Below the pieces are notes generated by a model. The model did no database searches. It had not been told where the DNA came from and was given only the letters and a program-made list of their open reading frames with translations. Of a stretch of DNA of 14,650 nucleotides, positions 1 to 9,000 are shown piece after piece. Source of the stretch: Deltaproteobacteria bacterium (GTDB lineage: Bacteria; Myxococcota_A; UBA9160; SMWR01). Where the stretch lies: NCBI GenBank assembly GCA_032128375.1, contig JAQBGU010000198.1, forward strand, positions 1-14,650. Reading direction: 5' to 3'. Each line of letters starts with the position of its first letter. Within the stretch, counting starts at the first letter, position 1. The position numbers were made by a program, and so were the translations under genes.

Positions 1-1
1 G

Positions 2-85
2 GGACTCGGTTCAACGCAACAACTCGCCCGTGGGCTCGCCGACGCCCTCCGGATCAGCCAGGGGGACAGCCGGAACAGGAGATAG
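2..85 (+). CDS. Possible 3' end of an upstream gene (partial, unknown product)
   Basis: Frame 2 is open from the window edge to TAG 83-85 (GLGSTQQLARGLADALRISQGDSRNRR*). No recognisable motif; this could be chance. Confidence 0.25.
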   Translation, partial: GLGSTQQLARGLADALRISQGDSRNRR

Positions 86-171
86 AGGGTCGACGACGCC
101 GATGAGCCCGGCCCGGAAGGCCGATCTCCCACCCACATGCCCACGGAACCGGTGTCATCAGTGACAACCGC

Positions 172-1320
172 GTGATGGATTCGCTGCAGGAGGCAGTCGC
201 GGCGGCGGCAGCCATCGTGCGCGACATTCGCGACGGAATCATCACGTTTCGATCCGATGGGACACTCTTGAGTTTCAACCCAGGCGCTCAGAGCATCTTC
301 GGCCATTCGCTTCCCGACATACTACACAAGCCAGTGCAGATTCTGTTTCAGAACGACGCCGGCGTATCGATGTTATCGGGTCGCGGTGCAGAGGCGACTG
401 TGGCTGCAGGCATACCGGTCGAACTCGATGGATTGCGCCGCAACGGCTCGCGCGTTCCGGTCGAGGTCAGGCTGAGTGCCGGAATTTCTTCGGGCGAAAA
501 TGTCTACACGGGCCTCATCCGGGATATCAGCGATCGCGAAGAAATGGATCGGATGAAAAACGAGTTCATCTCGACGGTCAGTCACGAGCTGCGTACACCG
601 CTGACCTCCATCAACGCGTCGCTCGGATTGCTGGCCGATGGCGTTGCGGGCGAGCTTTCACCCGATTCGCGCGAGTTGGTCCGAATCGGCCGAGACAACA
701 GTGAGCGGCTGGTTCGCCTGATCGGCCAGATTCTCGATATCGAGAAGATGGAAGCGGGCAAGCAGGATTACGAACTTCGCGCTCTCGAGATAGGCCCGAT
801 CGTCGAACAGGTGGTGGAGACGTATCGCGCGCTGGCGAACCAGTCGGCTGTGACGCTGAACTTCACTGACAGCACAAAGCGTGGGCGCGCTCGCGCCGAC
901 GAAGATCGCGTGATCCAGGTCGTGAGCAATCTGCTTTCGAATGCGCTGCGCTTCTCGGAGCGCGAAGCGAAAATCGAGATTGATGTGGCACGTCACGATG
1001 GCGCGATCCGTGTGTCGGTGACAGACCACGGGGCTGGGATCCCCGAGTCCTTTCGACCGCGAGTCTTTCAGAAGTTTGCACAAGCCGATGGCTCCGACAG
1101 CCGGCGGCAGGGCGGAACCGGTCTCGGCCTGAGCATCTGCCAGGCCATCATCGAAGATCTCGGCGGAAAGATCGGCTTCGAGACCGAGATCGGCGAGGGA
1201 ACAACGTTCAGTTTCGATCTCCCCGAGTGGCGCGAGGGACTGGCCGAGGTAACGGGCGAGGTAACGGGCGAGGCAGCGGAAGCGACACAGGGCTCCGCGG
1301 GCGCGGGAGTGAAGCTTTGA
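172..1320 (+). CDS. Cytoplasmic PAS-domain sensor histidine kinase (PAS-HisKA-HATPase_c)
   Basis: PAS/PAC features (DGIITF..DG....FNPGAQSIFG; GLRRNGSRVPVEV; RDIS), H-box FISTVSHELRTPL (His codon 583-585), N-box NLLSNALRF, G1 DHGAGIP, F-box FQKFAQ, G2 GGTGLGL. No TM helix. Start is GTG 172 or ATG 175. Confidence 0.95.
   Translation: MMDSLQEAVAAAAAIVRDIRDGIITFRSDGTLLSFNPGAQSIFGHSLPDILHKPVQILFQNDAGVSMLSGRGAEATVAAGIPVELDGLRRNGSRVPVEVRLSAGISSGENVYTGLIRDISDREEMDRMKNEFISTVSHELRTPLTSINASLGLLADGVAGELSPDSRELVRIGRDNSERLVRLIGQILDIEKMEAGKQDYELRALEIGPIVEQVVETYRALANQSAVTLNFTDSTKRGRARADEDRVIQVVSNLLSNALRFSEREAKIEIDVARHDGAIRVSVTDHGAGIPESFRPRVFQKFAQADGSDSRRQGGTGLGLSICQAIIEDLGGKIGFETEIGEGTTFSFDLPEWREGLAEVTGEVTGEAAEATQGSAGAGVKL
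1245..1273 (+). repeat. 12-bp tandem duplication (CGAGGTAACGGG x2.4) encoding EVTG-EVTG-E in the kinase tail
   Basis: Read directly: units at 1245-1256 and 1257-1268, plus partial CGAGG at 1269-1273. Confidence 0.85.
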
Positions 1321-2045
1321 GCCGACCGGGCCTGCATCGCATCCTGGTAGTTGACGACGAGCCCGACATACTCGCAGTCACCCGTATGACGCTGCGCGCA
1401 CGCGGCGGATACGAGGTCGAGGTGTGCCAATCGGGTCGTGAGGCACTCGAGCTGGCGCCGCAGTTCGAACCGGACCTGATTCTGCTCGACGTGATGATGC
1501 CGGAGATGGACGGCCCCACGACTCTCGCAGCGTTGCGAGACGATCCACGAATGGCCACGACACCCGTCGTGTTCATGACGGCAAAGACCATGAGACACGA
1601 GACGGACCGCTACCTCGAACTGGGTGCAGTCGGTGTTGTGGCGAAGCCCTTCGACCCGAGAACACTCGTCGAAGAGCTCGAACGGATCGCGACCGGCGGC
1701 TCGAACCGGTCAGGGTTGGACGACAGTGAAATGGCCGAACTGGTCGAATCCTATGCAGCACGGCTGCCAGAGAAGGTCCGCGAGATTCGAAGCCTTTGGG
1801 ACCAGGTCGAGGGCGGTGCTGACGGGGCCACTGACCTTCTCCATCGGTCGCTACACCGGATTGCAGGAACGGCGGGAACCTTCGGGTACGCGTCACTCAG
1901 CGAGATCGCGGGCGAGCTCGAGCAGAAGCTGCACGATTACGTGCCCGTCGGGGCGGAGACGACTCTTGCCGTCCGCAAGCAGATTGGTCTACTGGTCGAC
2001 GCACTCGAGAAGGCGGCGTTCGAGCCGCCCCGATCACTCGCTTGA
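1317..2045 (+). CDS. Response regulator receiver domain fused to a C-terminal Hpt domain
   Basis: REC: ILVVDD, LILLDVMMP (Asp codon 1488-1490), FMTA, KPF. Hpt: LHRIAGTAGTFGY..LS..A..LE (His codon 1854-1856). Start reassigned from 1227 to TTG 1317, which overlaps the kinase TGA (TTGA) and has GGGAG at 1305-1309. Confidence 0.9.
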   Translation: MSRPGLHRILVVDDEPDILAVTRMTLRARGGYEVEVCQSGREALELAPQFEPDLILLDVMMPEMDGPTTLAALRDDPRMATTPVVFMTAKTMRHETDRYLELGAVGVVAKPFDPRTLVEELERIATGGSNRSGLDDSEMAELVESYAARLPEKVREIRSLWDQVEGGADGATDLLHRSLHRIAGTAGTFGYASLSEIAGELEQKLHDYVPVGAETTLAVRKQIGLLVDALEKAAFEPPRSLA

Positions 2046-2073
2046 ATCGCTTGGCCATGCGCAGGGTCGCCAG

Positions 2074-3048
2074 TTGAGCGACTGCCCGATTCGCTGCATC
2101 GATATGTCGCCGATCGTGCAGGATGGATTGGGTTCGCCTGGTGCGAGAGGTGTCTTGGACCAGATTCGCGCGGCATGCTCCGACATCGGGTTCATGACTG
2201 TGACGGGGCACGGCGTCGCACCCGATAGGGTCGAGGCAGTCGCGGCGTGCGCTCGACGCTTCTTCGGCTTGTCGAGCGAAGCCAAACTCGCAGTCGCGCC
2301 GCGCCCCTGGAATGCCAGCAGTCACCACCGGTATCGAGGCTATTTCCCGAGTTCGGCGAACGGCAAGGAAGGCTTCGACATCGGTGACCCCTGGCTCGAT
2401 CGATCGAGGCCAGACCTGCTGGAACGTCCGTATTGCGAATTGAATCAGCTGCCGCGTGAACTCGGAAGCGACTGGGTCGATTCCGTGTTTGGCTACTTCG
2501 ACGCGTTATCGACATTCGGCCGAACCCTGATGGAAGCCATCGTGGCGTCACTCGGTGGGGACCCGGGAGATATCGGGTACGCGTTTTCGCGGCCGGAGAG
2601 CTTGTCGACGCTGCGCTTCAACGGCTACCCAGCGCACAGCGAGCCGGTCGAGATTTCGGATCAAGACGGTGCGGCACTCGTATGTGAGACCCACGTCGAC
2701 AGCGGGCTGGTGACGATCCTGTATCAGCACGAGCGAGGCGGGCTGCAGGTGCGCGACCGAAAACGACGATGGCACAGTGTGGCTTTCAATCGTCACGCCT
2801 TCGTCGTCAACACCGGCTTGGCGATGGCGAGAATCACCAACGGGAAATTCGTCGCCACCCCCCATCGTGTGTTGCATACTGACGGCGAACGACTATCGAT
2901 TCCGTTCTTCTACGAGCCGCGCTACGACTGTCGGCTCGTGCCCAGATCCTTCGGGTTGAACGAACCCGCGACCAGCGATGCTGTCGTCTACGAGGATTTC
3001 CTGCGAGAATCGCTGGCAAAGTTCGCCGAATACAACGGGACGCGCTGA
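2074..3048 (+). CDS. Isopenicillin N synthase-like Fe(II)/2-oxoglutarate dioxygenase (DIOX_N + 2OG-FeII_Oxy)
   Basis: N-terminal IRCIDMSP..ACSDIGFMTVTGHGV, RGY, KEGFD, LRFNGYP, iron triad HVD...TPHRV, GGLQV, VVNTG, cosubstrate RLS(IPFF). Start inferred at TTG 2074; the upstream part of ORF 1624 overlaps the REC-Hpt gene and looks spurious. Confidence 0.9.
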   Translation: MSDCPIRCIDMSPIVQDGLGSPGARGVLDQIRAACSDIGFMTVTGHGVAPDRVEAVAACARRFFGLSSEAKLAVAPRPWNASSHHRYRGYFPSSANGKEGFDIGDPWLDRSRPDLLERPYCELNQLPRELGSDWVDSVFGYFDALSTFGRTLMEAIVASLGGDPGDIGYAFSRPESLSTLRFNGYPAHSEPVEISDQDGAALVCETHVDSGLVTILYQHERGGLQVRDRKRRWHSVAFNRHAFVVNTGLAMARITNGKFVATPHRVLHTDGERLSIPFFYEPRYDCRLVPRSFGLNEPATSDAVVYEDFLRESLAKFAEYNGTR

Positions 3049-3173
3049 TTCGGTCCAATCAGCGACTCTGCAGTCCGAGTTCCGTTTGAGTCTGTGCGGG
3101 CTCGCTCGTCGGCTGTGGACTCGGCACAGCTGCCTCGATACCGTGCGGGGCGGACGCTCGGGAGGTTCGACCT

Positions 3174-4190
3174 GTGACAACATCCAACTGCACGGCGGAC
3201 GCTGACACGGCAGCAGCCCCCGACGCGTCGATGCGCCTCGACCGATCGCGGTTGCCAGCGCTGGCCGCCAATCGCGCGACGACCCTCGACGAAATCGCGG
3301 GCTTCGCTGCGAACGGGCACGTCTGTATCCGCGGGCTTGCCAACGCTGATGAAGTCGCCGCCTACGGCCCCAGCATCGAGCGCACAGCGCTCGATTTGAA
3401 TTCGGAAAAGCGTCCACTCGAAGATCGCAACACCTACGCCCAGGCATTCCTGCAAGTTCCAAACCTGTGGTTGGCCGATCCCATCGTGAAGCGCTTCGTC
3501 ATGGCCGAACGGTTCGCTCGTGTCGCCGCTGAACTGCTCGGTGTCGAACGCATTCGCCTGTACCACGACCAGGCCTTGTTCAAGGAGCCGCAGGGCGGCT
3601 ACACACCATGGCACCAAGATCAGTTCTACTGGCCGCTCGACACGCAGGCCACGCTTACGATGTGGATGCCGTTGGTCGATATCCCCAGCGAGGTCGGCAG
3701 CATGCGGTTCGTGTCGGGATCACACGTGCGGGGCCACCTCGGCGATCACGCGATCGGAGACGAATCGCAGCAGATATTCAGCCGATTCATCGAGGGGGAA
3801 GGGCTCGATGTCGTCGATCACGGAGCGATGGCGGCCGGTGACGCCACGTTCCATCACGGATGGACGCTGCATTCGGCCCCCGCGAATCCGTCGGGGTTGC
3901 TGCGATCGGTCATGACGATCATCTATTTTGCAGACGGCGCAAAGCTGACCCCACTCGATCACCCGAACCGCCGCCTCGATCGCGCTCTGTGGTTGCCGGG
4001 TTGCGAACCCGGCGACACAGCGGCCACGCCGTTCAATCCCATGCTGTGGCCAGCCCCAGCTTCCGAAGCCGCTACACCGACACGCGGTCGAGACTACTGG
4101 CAGTGCGTGACTGCAGCAGCCAGGGGATTGGGTATCGGCTCATCTCCGGCACCACCGGCCACGCGCCGCGGCGAGGCTGGCGACAGCTGA
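3174..4190 (+). CDS. Phytanoyl-CoA dioxygenase (PhyH) family Fe(II)/2OG dioxygenase
   Basis: FAANGHV, DQALFKEP, TPWHQD (HxD), TMWMPL, GSMRFVSGSH, GDATFHHGWTLHSA, RSV. SD GGAGG at 3161-3165 precedes GTG 3174. Confidence 0.92.
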   Translation: MTTSNCTADADTAAAPDASMRLDRSRLPALAANRATTLDEIAGFAANGHVCIRGLANADEVAAYGPSIERTALDLNSEKRPLEDRNTYAQAFLQVPNLWLADPIVKRFVMAERFARVAAELLGVERIRLYHDQALFKEPQGGYTPWHQDQFYWPLDTQATLTMWMPLVDIPSEVGSMRFVSGSHVRGHLGDHAIGDESQQIFSRFIEGEGLDVVDHGAMAAGDATFHHGWTLHSAPANPSGLLRSVMTIIYFADGAKLTPLDHPNRRLDRALWLPGCEPGDTAATPFNPMLWPAPASEAATPTRGRDYWQCVTAAARGLGIGSSPAPPATRRGEAGDS

Positions 4191-4309
4191 GGCCGGGGCG
4201 ATTTCGATGACCCAATGGAAATTTCGAGAACGAATGCTGCTGTATCATCCCCGCGTTTGCCGGCCGAGTCTTGTTGGACAACGCCTGCGACGCACCGGAG
4301 GGAAACGAC

Positions 4310-5215
4310 TTGCGCTGGGTACTGAAGATCGCGATGGGCCTCGTGTTACTCCTGTTGCTGGTCGCGGGTGCCTTTCTGCTTCCAGCACACCTACAGGTGC
4401 GAGGCGTCGCGCCGCCGCTACCCAGCGACGCACAGTTGCGCGCCCTTTTGGCATCGGAGAACGGACCGGTCAGTGTTCGCTTCGTCAATACCTCGACGCA
4501 GAAGCTTCCGGAAGGGCGGCGGCTCGGGCACGCGGTGTTCCTGATCGAATGGGCCAATGGCAACCTGTTCATGATCGACGCAGGTATGGATCGCGCGCAG
4601 GCGCTCGAGTTCGGACGACTGATGGAAACCGCCTTGGGAGCCGAAGAGGCCGTACCTCTCGGCAGCATCGCCGAGCTGCTCGGTGACGATATCAAACGCG
4701 TGGTCGGCGTCGGCTTCACCCACCTGCATATCGATCACACCCAGGGGGTGATTCCCTTTTGCGAAGCGCGAGGCTCGGGCGCGCGGGTCTATCAGACTTC
4801 CTGGCAGGCCGAGCTTCACAACTTCAATACCGAAGAGGGTGCCTCGATCGTCGCGCAATCATGTTTGGTAGCTGGCGAGCTCAACGGCGCTGGCGTCTTG
4901 ACCATCGACGGCATGCCGGGGCTTGGCATCGTGGGTCTTGGCGGTCATACGCCCGGTTCGACGTTGTTCGCGATTGCCGCGAAGAATCGGCTCTGGCTCA
5001 TTTCCGGAGATACCACGAACACCAAGGCGGAGTTGCTCAGCAACACCGGTAAGGGCTTTGCGTACAGCTACCTGTTGGTGCCGGAAAACACCGCGCGGAC
5101 GCAAGCATTGCGCCTGTGGTTCGCGCGTCTCGATGCGAACGACGACATGACCGTGGTGGTGCCGCACGACATCGGCGACATCGAAACCAGCGGCATGAGC
5201 GAGTTTGTTCGGTAA
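4310..5215 (+). CDS. Membrane-anchored or exported metallo-beta-lactamase-fold hydrolase
   Basis: IDAG, THLHIDH (HxHxDH), GHTPG, SGD and PHD metal ligands; N-terminal hydrophobic helix IAMGLVLLLLLVAGAFLL. Start moved from 4271 to TTG 4310 (SD GGAGGG at 4297-4302). Confidence 0.88.
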   Translation: MRWVLKIAMGLVLLLLLVAGAFLLPAHLQVRGVAPPLPSDAQLRALLASENGPVSVRFVNTSTQKLPEGRRLGHAVFLIEWANGNLFMIDAGMDRAQALEFGRLMETALGAEEAVPLGSIAELLGDDIKRVVGVGFTHLHIDHTQGVIPFCEARGSGARVYQTSWQAELHNFNTEEGASIVAQSCLVAGELNGAGVLTIDGMPGLGIVGLGGHTPGSTLFAIAAKNRLWLISGDTTNTKAELLSNTGKGFAYSYLLVPENTARTQALRLWFARLDANDDMTVVVPHDIGDIETSGMSEFVR

Positions 5216-5265
5216 CACGGGTTCTGGTCGCCTCGACCCGGTGCCCGGCCAAAGATGGGTCGCGC

Positions 5266-5532
5266 TCATGCGAAGACGGAAAGCACTTCTTCGTCCAGCA
5301 ATTTCATTGCGCGCCGAGCTTCGTTTCGGTCGGCGCCGGCCGTTGGACCTGAAATGGCGACCTTGTCCAAACCCAGGGCCTTCAACTCGTTCAGACGCGC
5401 AACGCAGTGCTCGGGCGGTCCCGCGATCGCGAAGCGATCGATGAACTCATCGGACATCAGTGCGGCCTGCTCCGAGTCGGCCCGCGTGTGGGCCTTCATG
5501 TTGTAGCCGTCGTGCAGGCTCTCGATCAGTGT
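5266..5532 (-). pseudogene. 3' remnant of an LLM-class (luciferase-like) flavin/F420-dependent oxidoreductase
   Basis: LIESLHDGYNMKAH...MSDEFIDRFAIAGPPEHCVARLNELKALGLDKV...AMKLLDEEVLSVFA* resembles the C-terminal ~90 aa of LLM TIM barrels. The upstream part of ORF 5266..5736 is not LLM-like and there is no room for the usual ~330 aa. Confidence 0.75.
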
Positions 5533-5682
5533 CGTGGTCACTTGTGGGTGGGCTCGCTCGACAGGCAAGGGAAGACCGCAACCGGAGACCTGATCGAGCG
5601 CCGCTGTCGATGGATCTTCCCGCTCGTCTACTTCGAGCTGATCCTGTTCATGGCCGGGTTGGCGTTCTTGGTGTTCAGATAG
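5531..5682 (+). pseudogene. 3' remnant of a probable prokaryotic pentameric ligand-gated ion channel (end of M3 plus M4)
   Basis: LWVGSLDRQGKTATGDLIERRCRWIFPLVYFELILFMAGLAFLVFR* ends in TAG 5680-5682. The R-C-R-x-x-F-P plus terminal hydrophobic helix resembles the ELIC/GLIC M4 region as I recall it. No start codon or N-terminal domain is present. Confidence 0.55.
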
Positions 5683-5882
5683 GATCCACGCGGGAGCACG
5701 GATTCCAAGCTGCCGTCGCGTCATGCAGGAAGACATGGGCGCACGTGATGGGTACGGGGTCCTGAGCCGCTAACGCGACGTGGCCGCCGGGCCATCGGAT
5801 CCACTAACAAGAGCCACACGTCCCGCGGGAGATGCTCGATTTCCACAAAGCCTGCCGCCTCGAGATGGCTCGAAACTCTGCG

Positions 5883-5901
5883 TCATGCGTTAATCATGCG
5901 T
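5883..5901. promoter_or_regulatory. Direct repeat TCATGCGT-N3-TCATGCGT (11-bp period), candidate transcription factor site
   Basis: Copies at 5883-5890 and 5894-5901 in a relatively AT-rich intergenic patch ~160 bp upstream of ATG 6061. Confidence 0.35.
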
Positions 5902-6060
5902 CAATAAGGAGTTCAAGGCAGAGGGTATTGCTTGCGGCGCACATGCCGGGTGTGAGAAGCTGGCAGAACCGTGTCGACGCGCGCGAGGACTCGTGCGTCG
6001 GTAACGGTTTTGGCTAGCCGGAAGGTCGAACGACCAAGCGCTGGCCGGGGAGAACTGCGA

Positions 6061-9000
6061 ATGACGCGCCTCGCGACAGCCCGGTGCCACCCGAGTGACC
6101 GCCAGGATCCGATTTTTCTAAGAGCTTCCAAAGCGTTGGCCGTGTGCGTGATGCTCTGGCTGGGAGCGCCAGTCGCCAGCGCGCAGGACCCGTTTCTGAC
6201 ATTCGATACGTTGCAGGGGCGCCCCATCGCGATCTCTCCCGATGGCTCGCAGCTGTTCGCGATCAACACGCCAGACAATCACCTGGAAATTTTCGACATC
6301 GATGTCAACGGCGATCTTCTGCTCGCCGGTTCCGTTCAGGTGGGCATGGAGCCCACCGCCGTCGCCGCTCGCAACAACGACGAAATCTGGGTCGTGAACT
6401 TCCTGTCCGACAGCGTGAGCGTCGTCGATGTCTCGGGAGCCGTGCCGCGAGTCGTTCGCACACTGCACGTCGGCGACGAGCCGAGTGACATCGTGTTCGC
6501 CGGGCCCGCTGGCAACCGCGCTTTCATCACGACCGCGCACCGCGGCCAGAACAGCCCCTATCCGGACGGCGAGTTCGATCAGGAAGGCATTGGACGCGCC
6601 GACATCTGGGTCTTCGACGCAGCGAACCTGGGCACCTCGCTCGGTGGCGACGAGCTGACGATCATCACCGTCTTCGGCGACAAGCCCCGCGCGCTCGCCA
6701 CTTCGACGGACGGCTCCAAGGTCTACGCCGCGATTTTTCACTCGGGCAACCAGACGATGACGCTGAACTCCGGCTTCATCTGCGTGACCGGAGCCACGTC
6801 GCTGAACAACAACACACCCGAGCCGTCATGCGTGCTGGACGGCGGTACGTCTCCCGGCGGCACGCCGCCGCCGCATCAGAACAAGGCGCCGCAGGAGATC
6901 GATCGCCCCGAGGTTGGAATGATCGTCAAGTGGAAACGCGACGGGGTGACGAACGCCTGGCAGGACGAACTCGGTCGCGACTGGAGCAATTGGGTGAAGT
7001 TCAACCTGCCGGATCGGGACGTATTCGAGATCAACGCGAATGCGAATCCGCCGGTGGCTGTCGACGGCAGCTCGACTTGTAGCGACGGGGCGGGTTGCTG
7101 GGCGGGTGTCGGCACGACGATCTTCAACATGGCAGTCAATCCGATTACCGGAAAGATCTACGTTTCGAACACGGACGCGCAGAATCACGTGCGATTCGAG
7201 GGCCCGGGAACGCTGGCCGGTCCGATCAAGCCGGTCAGTGAGCCAGCGACTGTGCGCAGCAACCTGGCCCAGGCGAGGGTGACGGTTCTCGACGGGGCCA
7301 ACGTCTTGCCGCGCCACTTGAACAAGCACATCAACTATTCGCTGCATCCCGCGGGTTTCGGCGTGAAGGAAAAGAGCAACGCGAATCCCATGGGGATGAT
7401 CGTCTCGCCGGACGGCAACACTTTGTATATTGCGTCGTTCGGTTCCGGGAAGGTAGGTGTCTTCGATACCGGCGCACTCGAGACCGACGCATTCGTCCCC
7501 AACGACACCGATCACATTTTGCTGTCGGGCGGGGGACCCAGTGGCTTGGCCCTACAGGGCACGCGCCTCTACGTGTTGACCCGCTTCAATAACTCGATCT
7601 CCGTCGTCGACACCGGCACGAAGCTCGAAGTTCAGATGCTCGCGCTACACAACCCGGAGCCGGCGAGCGTCGTGGACGGTCGACCATTTCTGTACGACGC
7701 CAACCTCTCCAGCAGCAACGGCGAGGCCTCGTGCTCCAGCTGCCATATCGGTGGCGACATGGATGATCTCGCCTGGGACCTCGGCAATCCCGACGACGAC
7801 CGAAAGGCGAACGTCAACCCGATGAACGACGAACCCTTTGTGGCTCTGCTGGGTGGTCTGACCTCCTGCTTCATTCAAAATTTCATCTTCGGCAATGGCT
7901 GCACGTTCCATCCGATGAAGGGGCCGATGACGACGCAGAGTCTGCGCGGCATGGATCTGCAAGGTCCGCAGCACTGGCGTGGCGACCGAGAAGGCGATGC
8001 GACCTCGTCGTTTCTTGCGTTCAACTTTGCGTTCGTCGGGCTGCTCGGACGCTTGCTCCCGCAAACCGGACCGGACATGATCGCGTTCAAGGACTTCGCG
8101 CTCCAGCTGCGCTACCCGCCGAACCCGACCCGCAACCTCGACAACTCGCTGACGACGATCCAGGCGCAGGGGCTGGCAGTCTACGATGCACCGGACACCG
8201 ACCAGGTCGCCAGCTGCAACGATTGCCACACACTCGAACCGGAGAACGGCTTCTTTGGCGGCGACGGACGCTCGACCTTCGATGCGGCCACAGAGATATT
8301 CAAAGTCCCGCACTTGCGCAACATGTACCAGAAGGTCGGAATGTTCGGCGAATCGCAACCGCAGGCAGTCACCTTCCCGCTGGTTGGAACCGGCACCGCG
8401 TTCGCTGGACCCTATACGGCGACGGGCGATCAAGTCCGCGGTTTCGGATTCACACATGATGGCTCGGTCGACACGCTGTTCCGCTTCGTCAGTGCATCGG
8501 TATTCACCATCAACAATACAGAGCAGACCCGCGTCCAGGCGTTCATCATCGCGATGGACTCGGACGTGGCTCCGGTCGTCGGCCAGCAGGTCACGCTGAA
8601 TGCGACCAATTCCGGTATGGCCGGCCCGCGCATCGATTTGATGATCGCGCGCTGTGATACCGCGTTCGATTCGAAGATTCTGTTCGACCTCAACGGCGGA
8701 GCCGTCAATGAGTGCGATCTGGTCGCCAAGCTCGACCAGGGCGGCAGCCAGCGTGGCTACGTGTACGATGCGTCGAGCAACCTGTTCGAACCGGACGATG
8801 GCGGCGCAGCGATCAGCGATGCAACACTGCGCGCGATGGCGGCGACGGCAAGCCAGGAGATCACCTACACGGCGGCACCGCCCGGCTCCGGTTTCCGGAT
8901 GGGCATCAATCGCGACCTCGACACGTTTCTCGACGGCCCGGACAACTGCCCAGGCGTGCCGAACGACGATCAACTCGACACCGACTCCGATGGTCTCGGC

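Noticed and set aside
1227..1316. GRGN-repeat N-terminal extension of the response regulator
   Set aside because: An alternate-frame reading of the kinase tail repeat; TTG 1317 with an SD and stop overlap is the better start.
1624..2073. 150-aa N-terminal extension of the IPNS-like ORF
   Set aside because: It overlaps the REC-Hpt gene in another frame and is Ser/Arg-rich; family similarity starts only at ~2074.
2074..5215. Beta-lactam biosynthesis/resistance cluster
   Set aside because: IPNS-like and MBL folds are very broad families; there is no NRPS/ACV synthetase, and the MBL lacks features I would recognise as class B beta-lactamase.
5866..5930. Sigma-54 (-24/-12) promoter expected for PEP-CTERM genes
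   Set aside because: Two near-matches (TGGCTCGAAACTCTGC and AGGCAGAGGGTATTGC) both have 11 nt rather than the required 10 nt between GG and GC.
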